Source: a virus
Lineage: Duplodnaviria; Caudoviricetes
IMG/VR virus record: IMGVR_UViG_3300048996_000065
Location: 1,460-65,459 of that record
Reading direction: 5' to 3' (one strand)
Length of the DNA: 64,000 bases
Shown: positions 8,992 to 18,262 of the stretch, one piece after another
Layout of the letters: each line of letters begins with the position of its first letter
Numbering within the stretch: the stretch's first letter is position 1
Notes under the pieces: generated by a model
Told to the model about the DNA's origin: nothing
The model's input: only the letters and a program-made list of their open reading frames with translations
Database searches by the model: none
Made by a program: the position numbers and the translations under genes

Positions 8992-11562
8992 TTACCTTTG
9001 TGGGTTGGGGTTTACGCCACCGCCGGTTTCTAGACGAGTGTTCCCGTCTTCTTCGATCTCGGCGGAGGCAATCGTCATCGCGGTCAAATTGTCCTGCTGA
9101 TTCATACGCTCGCCCGTTTCGTTATCCTCGGTATTGCGAGCATTCGCATTCTGTTCCTTGAATTGCGCACGAGCGATCTCGCCTTCCTCTTGGCGCTGAT
9201 CGCGTGCCTCGCTGGCTTGCTCCTTAATAGCCGCACGCTGCATGGAGCCTTGCTCCTTCGCCTGGGTGTCCTGCTGGCGACCCGCAATTTTCTTGTCCTC
9301 GATGCGCTCCTGGATCTGCGCAACGGCCAGAGCCGGATCAACCGGGGGCGGCGCATATGCTTTAGCGACTTCCATCGCCTTCGCAACGATTCCAGGGAGC
9401 TTGGCGAATACTTTCGATCCCCGCTGAATCAACCCGGGAGATGCAGCAGCCAGGAATTTGTCGAGGTCCGCTCGAACACCCGGATCGCGTTCCTTCATGA
9501 TTTGATCGAGTTTCATCTTCGATCCAGATTTGATAAGCAAGTCTTCCGTTACTTCAAAGGCTTCGTTCACGTACCAGAGAACGATGTGCTCCCTGAGGTG
9601 GGACAGGATCGTCGGCACGAAGTTAGGAGCGATGACGGCCAGATAACCGAAGTATTCGCTCTGCAAGAAGTCCATATGCGTTTGGATATGCGCCAGATGG
9701 TCTTGCTCAGGGAATGCAGCGATTGGCCTACCCAGGGATGCAGCAACATTCTCGTTGACCGCATTCATTTCCTCCGCTTTCGGTTCAGGGATGAGCAGCT
9801 CTTTCGCATTTGGTATCTTCGTACGCTCGAGGATCAGCTCCTCGACTTTCCGTTGATCGTATAAAGGGTTGCCGGCGGCACGCGCGGCCACCATTTGGAT
9901 CTGAGCGAAGCGTTGTACGTCGCTGAAGATCTGGGGGTCAGAGACGGGGATGACGTCGAGGGGGGCTTGGAAATCCTTTCGCAGAGCCATCACCTCGCCA
10001 GTCTCGTCCTTGATTTCCTCGGTTGTGACATACAGCTTATTGATCCGGTGAAGGATCTTAATAACCATGTCCATCGAGGCGTGCAGCCGCATGTGAATAG
10101 CAGCGAGCACCTTGAGTCCCTGTTCAACCACTGCCATCGTCGTGCCAACCGGCATGTTGGCAACATTGGCATCGCTCAGATTATCCAGTGCAGTCTTCGC
10201 AGCGTCGTCGCCTTCCTTAACCAGCAGACCGAGCAATTCAACCAGAACTGTCGAAGGGGGATTAAACGGAATCGGCATGATCAGCTTACGAATATCATCC
10301 GTAGCGATCCCGCCCTCGATCTCCGTGATCTGAGTAGCGGCTAGAGAGATCGATTGACCCGTGAAGTTCGTTCCTTTCAGCTTCAACAGGGTTGGCAGGT
10401 TGTTGATGTGCGCCGAATCGAGCAATGCGCGCAAAGCCCCGGTGGCTGCCGCACTGATCCAGCCGATCATATGCCCCAGACCGATATGGTACACGCCGCG
10501 CCACGGCACGAACCCGAACTCGGCCATCCAGAACATCATCTCCTTCTTATCGTCGTCCTGTTCCCAATTGCGTATCACGGCCAGCACCTTGTGCGAGTGA
10601 GCGCAAATGCTAATCAGGTAAGGAGCGAACCCAAGGTCATCCTCCAGCTCCGCATACGTCGACACCTCGTAGATATCGCGCAAGCCGTCGATGTTGTAAG
10701 CGCTCGAGGATTTCCCTTCGATTTTCTCGGTGGCCTTTTCCGAGTCGGTTTGTTCCGGCACCTGAGCTGTACTCGGTCCGGTCTCGATCGAGTCGATGTC
10801 GCGATATTGGCCGGAGTCGACGCGATTCTCATACTCGAATTTCGTGATGTGCTCGACATACGTCTGCCGTTCGGCGGAATAGAACGAGCTGGCCGCGAAC
10901 GGTAGATAGACGTCATCGACGGGAACGAAGATGGGGACCGGTCGTTTCTTGCGATGGTCGTAGACGAGCCGCATATACTGTGAGCCGCCTAAGGGGAGCT
11001 GGGTGAGCAACTGCTCTAACTCGGCTCGGAACTCTGGCATCTGTTGCTTGAACTGCCAGTTCATGTACGTTTTCTTGCGTCGGGCCTTTTCGACGCGAGC
11101 CTTCGTTGACTCCCCCGGGATATAATCCTTTACTGGCCCCTCCGGTGGCATCAGCTCGCCGATAGCCCGCGATTCGAATTCCACCGTCGCTTTGGTAAGC
11201 ATAGGATGGACGACGCGGCTTGCTCCCTCAAAGTCCGCGCCTCCGGGTGCGTCGTCGCCGAGGCCAGTGCGACGAATCGCCAACGCCTGCTGTGCATCAC
11301 GTTCCTTGCGAGAGTCCTTGTCGTAATCGATCTTCTGAATCAGCTCGATCGCGATTGCCTCGAGGTCCGTCTCTTCGATATCGTCGGCGATGTTGCGATA
11401 GAAATCTTCTTCGTCTACTGGATCGGGGGTTTCTTCATCGACAGCTACGATAGCCCCCCCATCATCCGTATCTTCAACATCGTCGAGTACGGTTTCTTCC
11501 AAATCGACGACTTCACCGTCTTCTTCATCGTCGTCAGAAAAATCCTTGGGATTAGCTGCCAT
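8992..11562 (-). CDS. Portal protein
   Basis: GASRVVHPML, ELMPPEGPVK, LPLGGS, MPVGTTMA..EQG, AIHMRLH, IPVSDP.IFS, QDHLAHI motifs; start 11562 (GGAG RBS) preferred over 11610. Confidence 0.9.
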   Translation of the reverse strand: MAANPKDFSDDDEEDGEVVDLEETVLDDVEDTDDGGAIVAVDEETPDPVDEEDFYRNIADDIEETDLEAIAIELIQKIDYDKDSRKERDAQQALAIRRTGLGDDAPGGADFEGASRVVHPMLTKATVEFESRAIGELMPPEGPVKDYIPGESTKARVEKARRKKTYMNWQFKQQMPEFRAELEQLLTQLPLGGSQYMRLVYDHRKKRPVPIFVPVDDVYLPFAASSFYSAERQTYVEHITKFEYENRVDSGQYRDIDSIETGPSTAQVPEQTDSEKATEKIEGKSSSAYNIDGLRDIYEVSTYAELEDDLGFAPYLISICAHSHKVLAVIRNWEQDDDKKEMMFWMAEFGFVPWRGVYHIGLGHMIGWISAAATGALRALLDSAHINNLPTLLKLKGTNFTGQSISLAATQITEIEGGIATDDIRKLIMPIPFNPPSTVLVELLGLLVKEGDDAAKTALDNLSDANVANMPVGTTMAVVEQGLKVLAAIHMRLHASMDMVIKILHRINKLYVTTEEIKDETGEVMALRKDFQAPLDVIPVSDPQIFSDVQRFAQIQMVAARAAGNPLYDQRKVEELILERTKIPNAKELLIPEPKAEEMNAVNENVAASLGRPIAAFPEQDHLAHIQTHMDFLQSEYFGYLAVIAPNFVPTILSHLREHIVLWYVNEAFEVTEDLLIKSGSKMKLDQIMKERDPGVRADLDKFLAAASPGLIQRGSKVFAKLPGIVAKAMEVAKAYAPPPVDPALAVAQIQERIEDKKIAGRQQDTQAKEQGSMQRAAIKEQASEARDQRQEEGEIARAQFKEQNANARNTEDNETGERMNQQDNLTAMTIASAEIEEDGNTRLETGGGVNPNPQR

Positions 11563-12052
11563 GACGTTTGATATCTCCGCGAATGAAAGCTTCAGCTTTG
11601 CGGTAGGCATCTTTCATTGTCTTTACGTAAGGGTTGTCCCCGTGAAGATTGAAAGACGCTTCAATACCGCCCATCATCTCAGATCTACTCTCGCCAATGG
11701 GGTCGCCAGTATTTGGCCGCACCTGTACGCATCGGTCATCCCACAGGGTGATCATCTGAGTATCCTTGCAACAAGTGATGGGTAATATAACCCCCAAGTG
11801 CTTTATGCACCATTTTTCAATGGCTACCCGACCGAGCTGTGCATCCCGATATCGATCACCCGCCGGTTCTCCGCTTTCTCCGCAATACACCCGGGCTGTC
11901 ATTATCTTTACTTTTCTTCCTTCTGACAACCACTTTTTTACGCGGTCCCGCATCGCTGGAATCGGGTCTCCGATCTCCGTCACTCCCTTCCACCCGTCGT
12001 ATTGGGCTAAGGTCTGGTCCAAGTCCACTCCGATCCAGCCGTTCTCGCTCAT
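11552..12052 (-). CDS. HAD-superfamily phosphatase
   Basis: IGVDLDQTLA (DxD), IMTAR, K, WDDR motifs. Confidence 0.75.
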   Translation of the reverse strand: MSENGWIGVDLDQTLAQYDGWKGVTEIGDPIPAMRDRVKKWLSEGRKVKIMTARVYCGESGEPAGDRYRDAQLGRVAIEKWCIKHLGVILPITCCKDTQMITLWDDRCVQVRPNTGDPIGESRSEMMGGIEASFNLHGDNPYVKTMKDAYRKAEAFIRGDIKRHGS

Positions 12053-12202
12053 AGCTATTCTCCCGAATGATTTTGGCGCCGCACACCCGGCACTTCTTAA
12101 CGTCTTGAACGGATCCTAATAAACACTTGCCGCAAGTCCAACGCCAGCCATCATCCCTACATACGTAGCGGACGTCTTTGACTTGGGCATAGATATTAGT
12201 GA

Positions 12203-12811
12203 TCACTGCAATGCTTTCAGCTGTTGACGAACGGCATCCTTCATTGCACCTGCGATCTGCCCGAGAAAATCGAACTTGCTCAACGCGCAGACCGGACACC
12301 GGTGAAAGATGACGCCTTCAGTTCCTACCGTGTGAATGGCAAGCTTGATCAGGGCTTCACAGGATTGGAATAGCGGTTCGATACGCTTGGCGCGCAATCG
12401 AGCTACCAGCTTGCTCTCGTCAGTCAGGATCAGCCCGCTGATTCCATGCAGGGTGAGCTTACGCACTAGCTCGTCATGATGCCGATCGCAAAACTCGATC
12501 TTCGCCTGCTCCCCCGGTTGAAGCATCTTCAGGATGTTGTCGGTGGTGATTACCGTCTTGCATCTTTCTTTAACGTCAAGTAGAGGCCACGTTCGCTCAG
12601 CGGGTGCTGGATCGCGCCGCCGAGCGGAAACCTTGACCCCGGCATCAGCCCCACTTGCTTCGCTTTCGTCGTCGTCACCGTGTCCTTTCGCTTCATCAGC
12701 TGGCGCTTTGGCACGGGCTTCTCTAGCAAGCCGTCGAGCCTTGCGCTTTCTTCGCGCGATTTCTTCCGGAGTGCTTTCACTTTCTTTGCGTTCACGCTTC
12801 ACCTTCTTCAT
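12203..12811 (-). CDS. Hypothetical protein (basic N-terminus, possible Zn-binding C-terminus)
   Basis: FCDRHH and CPVC; ATGA overlap with the upstream gene. Confidence 0.55.
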   Translation of the reverse strand: MKKVKRERKESESTPEEIARRKRKARRLAREARAKAPADEAKGHGDDDESEASGADAGVKVSARRRDPAPAERTWPLLDVKERCKTVITTDNILKMLQPGEQAKIEFCDRHHDELVRKLTLHGISGLILTDESKLVARLRAKRIEPLFQSCEALIKLAIHTVGTEGVIFHRCPVCALSKFDFLGQIAGAMKDAVRQQLKALQ

Positions 12812-13317
12812 GTCAGCCTCTTCACTTCGCTTAGTTTATTGAGCAATCGATCCGTTCTCTGCACGTCTTCTAGTTTTTTCGTTCCATCTTTACGTACCCA
12901 ACCGCGCCTCTCCTCGACGCGTTCGTACTCGGGCCACTCACCGAGCGCCGTTAGATCCGGGATGAGATCGAAGTCGTTGTGAGCCCCGTAGCACCAATGA
13001 CCATTCAGGGTTGAATCGTAATCCATCTGGCCGACGACTACTCCGAATCCCCAGTGTTGGAAGATGGGGAATCGCAAGCTTCCATGCTTTTCTTGGTCGA
13101 CGGTTGACAAGAAAAACTTTCCGCGTTTAACTCGTCGAACTTGGGATGGAACATCGGAGTGTGTTCCTGAAGGTGCGTTGGCTTGCTCACCTCCGCCCAA
13201 AGCCTTTGCCAGAAGGTCGGTGCGTTTGAAACCCTGACTGACTGCAACCGCCGTAGACGTCGACGGTCCCGGATCGTTTGGAACAGTTTCATCGGATTCT
13301 CCAGTGTCATTGTGCAT
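12808..13317 (-). CDS. Hypothetical protein
   Basis: 169 aa ORF coupled to the terL stop. Confidence 0.5.
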   Translation of the reverse strand: MHNDTGESDETVPNDPGPSTSTAVAVSQGFKRTDLLAKALGGGEQANAPSGTHSDVPSQVRRVKRGKFFLSTVDQEKHGSLRFPIFQHWGFGVVVGQMDYDSTLNGHWCYGAHNDFDLIPDLTALGEWPEYERVEERRGWVRKDGTKKLEDVQRTDRLLNKLSEVKRLT

Positions 13318-14827
13318 ACGGGTTCCCAGATTTCTTCAATCGAGCTATCGCACGCTGGCGCATGATGTCTTCGATATCCGGTTTGAATTCCAGAGCGCCG
13401 AAGAACTTGTCCATCGCCAGACGCAGAGCTTGGGTCGTCGTATCCAGCAAGTCGTCATGCTCGATACTCCCCTCGCCAACAAAGGAACAGACTTGGGAGA
13501 TCGTTGGATTCGCCCATGTCTTCGGTTGGCCCCTGCGTACATCCGATTCTACGCACCAAACGCGTCCGTGCGCAAATAGCGGACTCACATAGTGAAGTCG
13601 AGTGAGTTTATCTTCCCGTCCAGGATTGTATGCCTCCGTTAAAACATTCTCGATCGCCAGCGCTTGGCGCAACGAGATACCGCTGCCTTTCTCCTCGATG
13701 AGAATGCAATCCGGTTTCCGTCCTGTATGCCCCGACGTGCGCTCGCGACCGTCGATGATCGGTCGTAGCTTCGGCTCGTTATAGTCGCCGTAGGTCAGCA
13801 ACCGCTCTTTCTTTACGCGTTTCATCAACGCGGGGAATCCCAATCGATCTTCCCACGCATCAAGAAGCATGATGTTCAGCTTCTTCTCGTACTCGAACAA
13901 GCCCCACACCGTGCAAGCCGTCGGATCATTCTCCTGCTTCTTCTTGTTAAACGTATCGTCCGTGAACGCCGTGTCCAACGACATGATGATGAACTTAAAC
14001 TTAGGCAGCGGTCTGCCTGCTTTCCATAGCCGCCACTGCGATCGCTTGACGAATCCGGCTTCTTCTGGGTCTAACAGCTCGCCCCATAGCTCCTGGCGTC
14101 CGACGTTCGTGCCTTCGTACTTCGCTACGTTCTGGAAGTAAACGTCGGGAAGGTTAGCGCTATTCTCGTAGGTGCTGCCCGTTATAAGGACCGTACGCGG
14201 GTCCTCGGATAGCATGCGCACGAACGGCTTAGGCTTCGGCGTCGATGTCCAGCACACCTGGGGATTCGTTCCCAAGCGCAAGCCGAACATCAAGTTATCC
14301 CAAGCAAGCTCCGGGTATTTCCAGCTGGCAATCTCGTCGCACCATGCCGCGTGATGCTGAGGTCCGCGCAAGCGCTCCGGGCTATCGCCGGCGAAGCCGC
14401 GAATCATCGCACCGTTTATCAGGGTGATGCTGGGAAGCGAAAGCGACGAGTTAGCTTTATCAATCAGCTCCGGTGGAATCACATTCCATAGTCCGGTCTC
14501 GCCCTCGAAGCACGTGAACCGCACGTCGCCATATGTCGGAGCTACGACAGCGAAGTAACCGTTCGGAGTATTCGCGGCGAGCTGACCAATCCAATTCGCA
14601 GCGGTCAGCGTCTTGCCAAAGCCACGTCCCGATCGGATGCCCCATACGGTCCACAGCCCGGTTGGCTGAAGTTGTTTTGCCCGTGCCTTAGCTCGCCACT
14701 GAAGTCGCCACCGTAGAACGCTGAGTTCGTAAGCCGTGAAGCTTTCGAGCGTTTTTCTAAGAGCGCTTCTTGTTAATTTTGCGAGCTGAAGATTTTTCGG
14801 AGCTTTGACTAGAGCTGTCGTCGCCAT
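13307..14827 (-). CDS. terL: Terminase large subunit
   Basis: Walker A GRGFGKT, Walker B WCDE, TSTP, nuclease SLDTA...IEEKGSG...HDDLLD. Confidence 0.95.
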   Translation of the reverse strand: MATTALVKAPKNLQLAKLTRSALRKTLESFTAYELSVLRWRLQWRAKARAKQLQPTGLWTVWGIRSGRGFGKTLTAANWIGQLAANTPNGYFAVVAPTYGDVRFTCFEGETGLWNVIPPELIDKANSSLSLPSITLINGAMIRGFAGDSPERLRGPQHHAAWCDEIASWKYPELAWDNLMFGLRLGTNPQVCWTSTPKPKPFVRMLSEDPRTVLITGSTYENSANLPDVYFQNVAKYEGTNVGRQELWGELLDPEEAGFVKRSQWRLWKAGRPLPKFKFIIMSLDTAFTDDTFNKKKQENDPTACTVWGLFEYEKKLNIMLLDAWEDRLGFPALMKRVKKERLLTYGDYNEPKLRPIIDGRERTSGHTGRKPDCILIEEKGSGISLRQALAIENVLTEAYNPGREDKLTRLHYVSPLFAHGRVWCVESDVRRGQPKTWANPTISQVCSFVGEGSIEHDDLLDTTTQALRLAMDKFFGALEFKPDIEDIMRQRAIARLKKSGNPYAQ

Positions 14828-15317
14828 CAGGTTTTGGTTTAATCAGGTTGACGATATCGTCGATCAAACCGGCACGACTGGCTTCAATCTGGATAGCTTT
14901 TCCGCCAGGCCCGCTCTGTTCGACAGCTGACCGTTGTTGCCAATGTTCTCTCTTCCGATTGTTCAGCCAGTACTTGGCCGCTTCTACATCGGGAGGGTAG
15001 TGAACGTTGACATCGAGAGTTTCGTAATCGTCCTTGTACTTGATGATCTTCGTTTCCTTGATCTTGAATTTCCCTGTAGCTCGTTTCCATAGCGCAGCTA
15101 CGACTTCCGTGTCGGCGCGCATTCGCCCCTTCTCGAGCGCATCTTTAAACGAGGGATACGTCTTCTTCCATTTCTTGAAGAGATCGTATTGAATGCCGAA
15201 GCACTGTGCTATCTCGCGATCATCGAGCCCACGCATCGCCACCATTTTTACTTCCGTCAAGTAGTCGGGAAGGAAAAGACCGTTGGCAGGTTTGAGCTTG
15301 CGTCGGGGGCGGATCAT
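14757..15317 (-). CDS. terS: Terminase small subunit
   Basis: HTH (GLDDREIAQCFGI...WKK.YPSF), VVAALWKRATG, PPDVEAAKYWLNNR; directly upstream of terL. Confidence 0.85.
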   Translation of the reverse strand: MIRPRRKLKPANGLFLPDYLTEVKMVAMRGLDDREIAQCFGIQYDLFKKWKKTYPSFKDALEKGRMRADTEVVAALWKRATGKFKIKETKIIKYKDDYETLDVNVHYPPDVEAAKYWLNNRKREHWQQRSAVEQSGPGGKAIQIEASRAGLIDDIVNLIKPKPDGDDSSSQSSEKSSARKINKKRS

Positions 15318-15359
15318 CGATACTCCGAGCCTTGTACGCCCTGGATAATATCGATGACG

Positions 15360-15692
15360 CTACGTGCTGGCTAATTCCCTGAGCAACTCCGCATAGCATC
15401 GCGGCTTATAGCTCGACTCGTAAAGATAGAATTGCGGGCAAAGCCTGTACAGAATCCGTTGAAACTCGATGCCATGCCCTCCCTTGCCTCTTAAGCCATG
15501 AGCCAACTCGTGCGCAACATAGTACTCAACGAATCCCGACGGCGGATCTTTGAATATCCAATCGGGCAGGGTGATGCGATTCGTACGAAAACTATAACGA
15601 CCGCGTTTGACCGGCTTGACGATAATCTCGGGAATCTTACTGCGTATCTTCGCACGCTTGTAGATCATCCGAGCTATTTCATCGGGATTCAT
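15360..15692 (-). CDS. Zincin-type metalloprotease-like protein (SprT/YgjP-like)
   Basis: YYVAHELAH (HExxH) followed by GHG.EF; ATGA-coupled start at 15692. Confidence 0.7.
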   Translation of the reverse strand: MNPDEIARMIYKRAKIRSKIPEIIVKPVKRGRYSFRTNRITLPDWIFKDPPSGFVEYYVAHELAHGLRGKGGHGIEFQRILYRLCPQFYLYESSYKPRCYAELLRELAST

Positions 15693-16015
15693 GCAACGTC
15701 GGTAGGATCTTTCGGCTTCATGCCGTCTGTATTCACCGTCCACAAGTTGCCCGCGTTTGCGATGGCCGCTAGCTGACGGGTGGTTTGCGCCAGCAGCGAT
15801 AGACTGGCGTCTATGTTGATATCGCCCCAGCCGTAAATGTTCAATCGCCCCGTCTTCGAATCACGAATGATGCAAACGGCTTGATCGATCGTTACTCCTT
15901 TCACCGGCGGAGTCTCGACCTCGCTCGCCAGCTTACGCATCATCTCAGGGATACGACGTGCGTTCGACTTATACAGCGTCTTAACACTGGCAAGCTTCGG
16001 CTTATCGTCACTCAT
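15689..16015 (-). CDS. Hypothetical protein
   Basis: Coupled ORF starting MSDDKP. Confidence 0.55.
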   Translation of the reverse strand: MSDDKPKLASVKTLYKSNARRIPEMMRKLASEVETPPVKGVTIDQAVCIIRDSKTGRLNIYGWGDINIDASLSLLAQTTRQLAAIANAGNLWTVNTDGMKPKDPTDVA

Positions 16016-16286
16016 CGAATGCATCCTTGAATAAATCTTTGTGATCAAGGTAGATGATATCGAATTGTTCGCGTAACGGATCGTAAAGAATCTTGGCCCA
16101 TTCCGCGTGGGGGTTGTAAAGCCTAGCTGCGATCATCTCCCGCGTCTGTAGCATCGATGCGTATAGCTGGTTAGCCCACGCCTCGCTAGCAGCCACTAGC
16201 TTGGGATCGACGACATCGAGCTTGATCAGTTCGGTAGGCGCGAGCGCAGCGCTAACCGCGAGAGTTACGAAATTTCTTCTGTTCAT
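16008..16286 (-). CDS. Small protein with RRNF Tat-like N-terminus and MCP spine-helix-like segment
   Basis: MNRRNFVTLAVSAALAP; WANQLYASMLQTREMIAARLYN vs MCP YSEHLAQSMIETKETLTANIIN. Confidence 0.6.
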   Translation of the reverse strand: MNRRNFVTLAVSAALAPTELIKLDVVDPKLVAASEAWANQLYASMLQTREMIAARLYNPHAEWAKILYDPLREQFDIIYLDHKDLFKDAFDE

Positions 16287-16450
16287 CGAAGTGTTTTCCA
16301 ACGGTCGCTCTGTCGGTTCTCGATATTGCGTCGAGTCTCATTAATGCCCGCACGCAGCTTCCCGGTGTGCTCGTCCGGAGTGCGATCCTTGATCCAACGA
16401 TGCCACATCGCCACGTCGAAAGGCTTACGACGATTACTCTTGCTCTGCAT
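16283..16450 (-). CDS. Small hypothetical protein
   Basis: MQSKSNRRKPF...; overlaps both neighbours in a coupled array. Confidence 0.45.
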   Translation of the reverse strand: MQSKSNRRKPFDVAMWHRWIKDRTPDEHTGKLRAGINETRRNIENRQSDRWKTLR

Positions 16451-16646
16451 GTTTGCGTTTCTCCATGCGCCGTTCGCGCTTCGCTTGCGCCACCTGTCGC
16501 TTGTCCCGTTGTTCATACGACGAAGGCGCAGCGGTACTGCGAGGAGCGGCATGCGCAGCCTTCATTACCTTATCGATCATGAACTGATTGCCCACGTAAC
16601 GATCGGAGCTACGCGAGTCTTTCGTTGGTTTACGGTGTTTCTTCAC
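16434..16646 (-). CDS. Small basic hypothetical protein
   Basis: GTG start, Lys/Arg-rich, coupled array. Confidence 0.45.
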   Translation of the reverse strand: MKKHRKPTKDSRSSDRYVGNQFMIDKVMKAAHAAPRSTAAPSSYEQRDKRQVAQAKRERRMEKRKHAEQE

Positions 16647-16872
16647 GGCATTCCCCGTTTCGGTGATAGATGCAAATGCCATCGCCATGCGGCGTGTCGC
16701 GTTGGAAGTAGCGGCAATATGCGACGGTCATATCTGCGGGCTCGTGCGGTGTCGTGTGCATCACCCCGCGCATATCCGTCCAGCCGTACGTGTAACGTTC
16801 TTTGAATCTGTAACGGATGTTGCCCGTCTCAAAGTCGCCCGTGCTCAATTCCTTCATCAGCTTATCGGTCAT
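16630..16872 (-). CDS. Small protein containing an MCP C-terminal fragment
   Basis: GDFETGNIRYRFKERYTYGWTDMR vs MCP GDFNTDSMRYKATERYIPGWTDPR (14/24 identical); ATGA-coupled to NADAR; GGAG RBS. Confidence 0.7.
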   Translation of the reverse strand: MTDKLMKELSTGDFETGNIRYRFKERYTYGWTDMRGVMHTTPHEPADMTVAYCRYFQRDTPHGDGICIYHRNGECREETP

Positions 16873-17312
16873 TGCCGTGTCTCCCGCCAAGCGTTGTTGT
16901 CCTGTAGCTCCAAGCGCAGCTTCATCAGCAGTTTGCCCAAGTGGTTCTCGCCGACGCCTTTGCACACGCCCCAATACACGTCGTTCCATACGTTGCCCTC
17001 GACTAGCTCCGCACCCCCCGTGTTGATGAGCGCATCGCGAAAGGGATTGATCGCAAATTTCTTGCGCAGCAAATCCTCCATCACATTCAGCTTAATGCCC
17101 TCCCACTCCGGTCGCATTGGTACACGCTTGCCCAGCTGCTTGGCGTACGCCGACGTTGGAGCGCAGCGTATCTTCTCGCGCTTGCGCAAGTTAGATGTCT
17201 TCGCAGCCTGATACGCGTGCTCAACGCTCGGATACACCCAGCCATCGTACTTGATCGGCACCATCGCGAAGTTGCTAAGAAACGCGTACTTCCCCCGAAA
17301 GCTCGTGATCAC
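16869..17312 (-). CDS. NADAR family (YbiA-like) ADP-ribose/N-glycosidase hydrolase
   Basis: FLSNF, YPSVEHAYQAAK, LVEGN.WND.YWG, GENHLGKLLM. Confidence 0.9.
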   Translation of the reverse strand: MITSFRGKYAFLSNFAMVPIKYDGWVYPSVEHAYQAAKTSNLRKREKIRCAPTSAYAKQLGKRVPMRPEWEGIKLNVMEDLLRKKFAINPFRDALINTGGAELVEGNVWNDVYWGVCKGVGENHLGKLLMKLRLELQDNNAWRETRQ

Positions 17313-17527
17313 GACAGCTTTACCTCACGTGCGGGATTGGCTTTCAGCTTGACGCGCGCTTTTCGTAGCTCTTTGATTAACACTTCGATATCATCCGCGT
17401 TTAACGTAGCTACACACTGCAGCACACTATCCATGAACCAGCCGAGATTAACCCGTTGACCGAGCGTATCGAATCCTACTTCCAGCTGATCAGCGATGAA
17501 TACTTCTAGCTGGTTGGCAATGATCAC
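17309..17527 (-). CDS. Hypothetical protein
   Basis: GTGA-coupled start at 17527. Confidence 0.45.
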   Translation of the reverse strand: MIIANQLEVFIADQLEVGFDTLGQRVNLGWFMDSVLQCVATLNADDIEVLIKELRKARVKLKANPAREVKLS

Positions 17528-17739
17528 GAGAATCTCCGAATGCGTAAGCCGAGAACGCGCCAGTATTCGTGCATTGCCGTCCACTGAGCTTGCAGCAACA
17601 CTTGATCTTCCTTATCCAACGTCGCGAATACTTGCCCTTCGAGGAATGCTGTTAGCTTCGTCAGCTTCTCTTCCAGCTCAGTGTTCTCGTCGACGACGCG
17701 TTGTTGAAACGCTTTGTACGGAACTCTATCTTCGCTCAT
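17524..17739 (-). CDS. crAss001_48-like helical hairpin protein
   Basis: QQRVVDE..EL.EK..KL.AF...F..L...D..LL..Q...M..Y..VL..RI pattern. Confidence 0.7.
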   Translation of the reverse strand: MSEDRVPYKAFQQRVVDENTELEEKLTKLTAFLEGQVFATLDKEDQVLLQAQWTAMHEYWRVLGLRIRRFS

Positions 17740-18068
17740 ATAACCCCCATCGATCCAAAGAATTCACCGTTGGCAGCAACGCACCACTCACCGCGTTTCA
17801 ATCCGGGACGTGGCAACACGTTGACCCAGAACGAACACAAGTTGACGCAATGTTTCGCCACGCTGCGCGCTATCACCACGTCCTCAGGGTTGACGTACAA
17901 GTAGTAGACCGAGGCATCGCCACATTGGGACGCAGCTTCGCACACGCCGACATAGCTCAAATCGCACGTCATGCCGGGTAGCACGGGCTTGTAATGCATC
18001 GGCTGGCACTCGTGCCCATGCTTCGCGTCGTATTGGCGCTGGCAGATATCGCATTTGACCATGCTCAT
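17736..18068 (-). CDS. Zn-knuckle protein with possible MCP A-domain-like segment
   Basis: CDICQ...HEC N-terminus; DLSYVGVCEA...YLYVNPEDVVIARSV...VLPRPGL...EWCV. Confidence 0.5.
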   Translation of the reverse strand: MSMVKCDICQRQYDAKHGHECQPMHYKPVLPGMTCDLSYVGVCEAASQCGDASVYYLYVNPEDVVIARSVAKHCVNLCSFWVNVLPRPGLKRGEWCVAANGEFFGSMGVI

Positions 18069-18262
18069 GCTGGCTCCAGATTCTTGGCGAAGTACTCGGG
18101 AGCGATGTACCACTGGTCCATATGGTCCGTCGGGTTGCGTGCGATCATGCCGCCTTCCTTCGGTACGTCGGTGTTGCTGACCGAGATACCGATCATACTC
18201 TCGCCCGGTACATACGGACGTGCTTCGGTCAAACCCTTGCGCTTGTACTGAGCCCACTTCAT
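18065..18262 (-). CDS. Conserved small phage protein
   Basis: YKRK...EARPYVPGE...PKEGGMIARNP..H.DQWY.A..YF..N pattern. Confidence 0.65.
   Translation of the reverse strand: MKWAQYKRKGLTEARPYVPGESMIGISVSNTDVPKEGGMIARNPTDHMDQWYIAPEYFAKNLEPA

Noticed and set aside
11563-11610. Portal start at 11610 as given in the ORF track
   Set aside because: ATG 11562 has a GGAG RBS and a smaller overlap with the HAD gene
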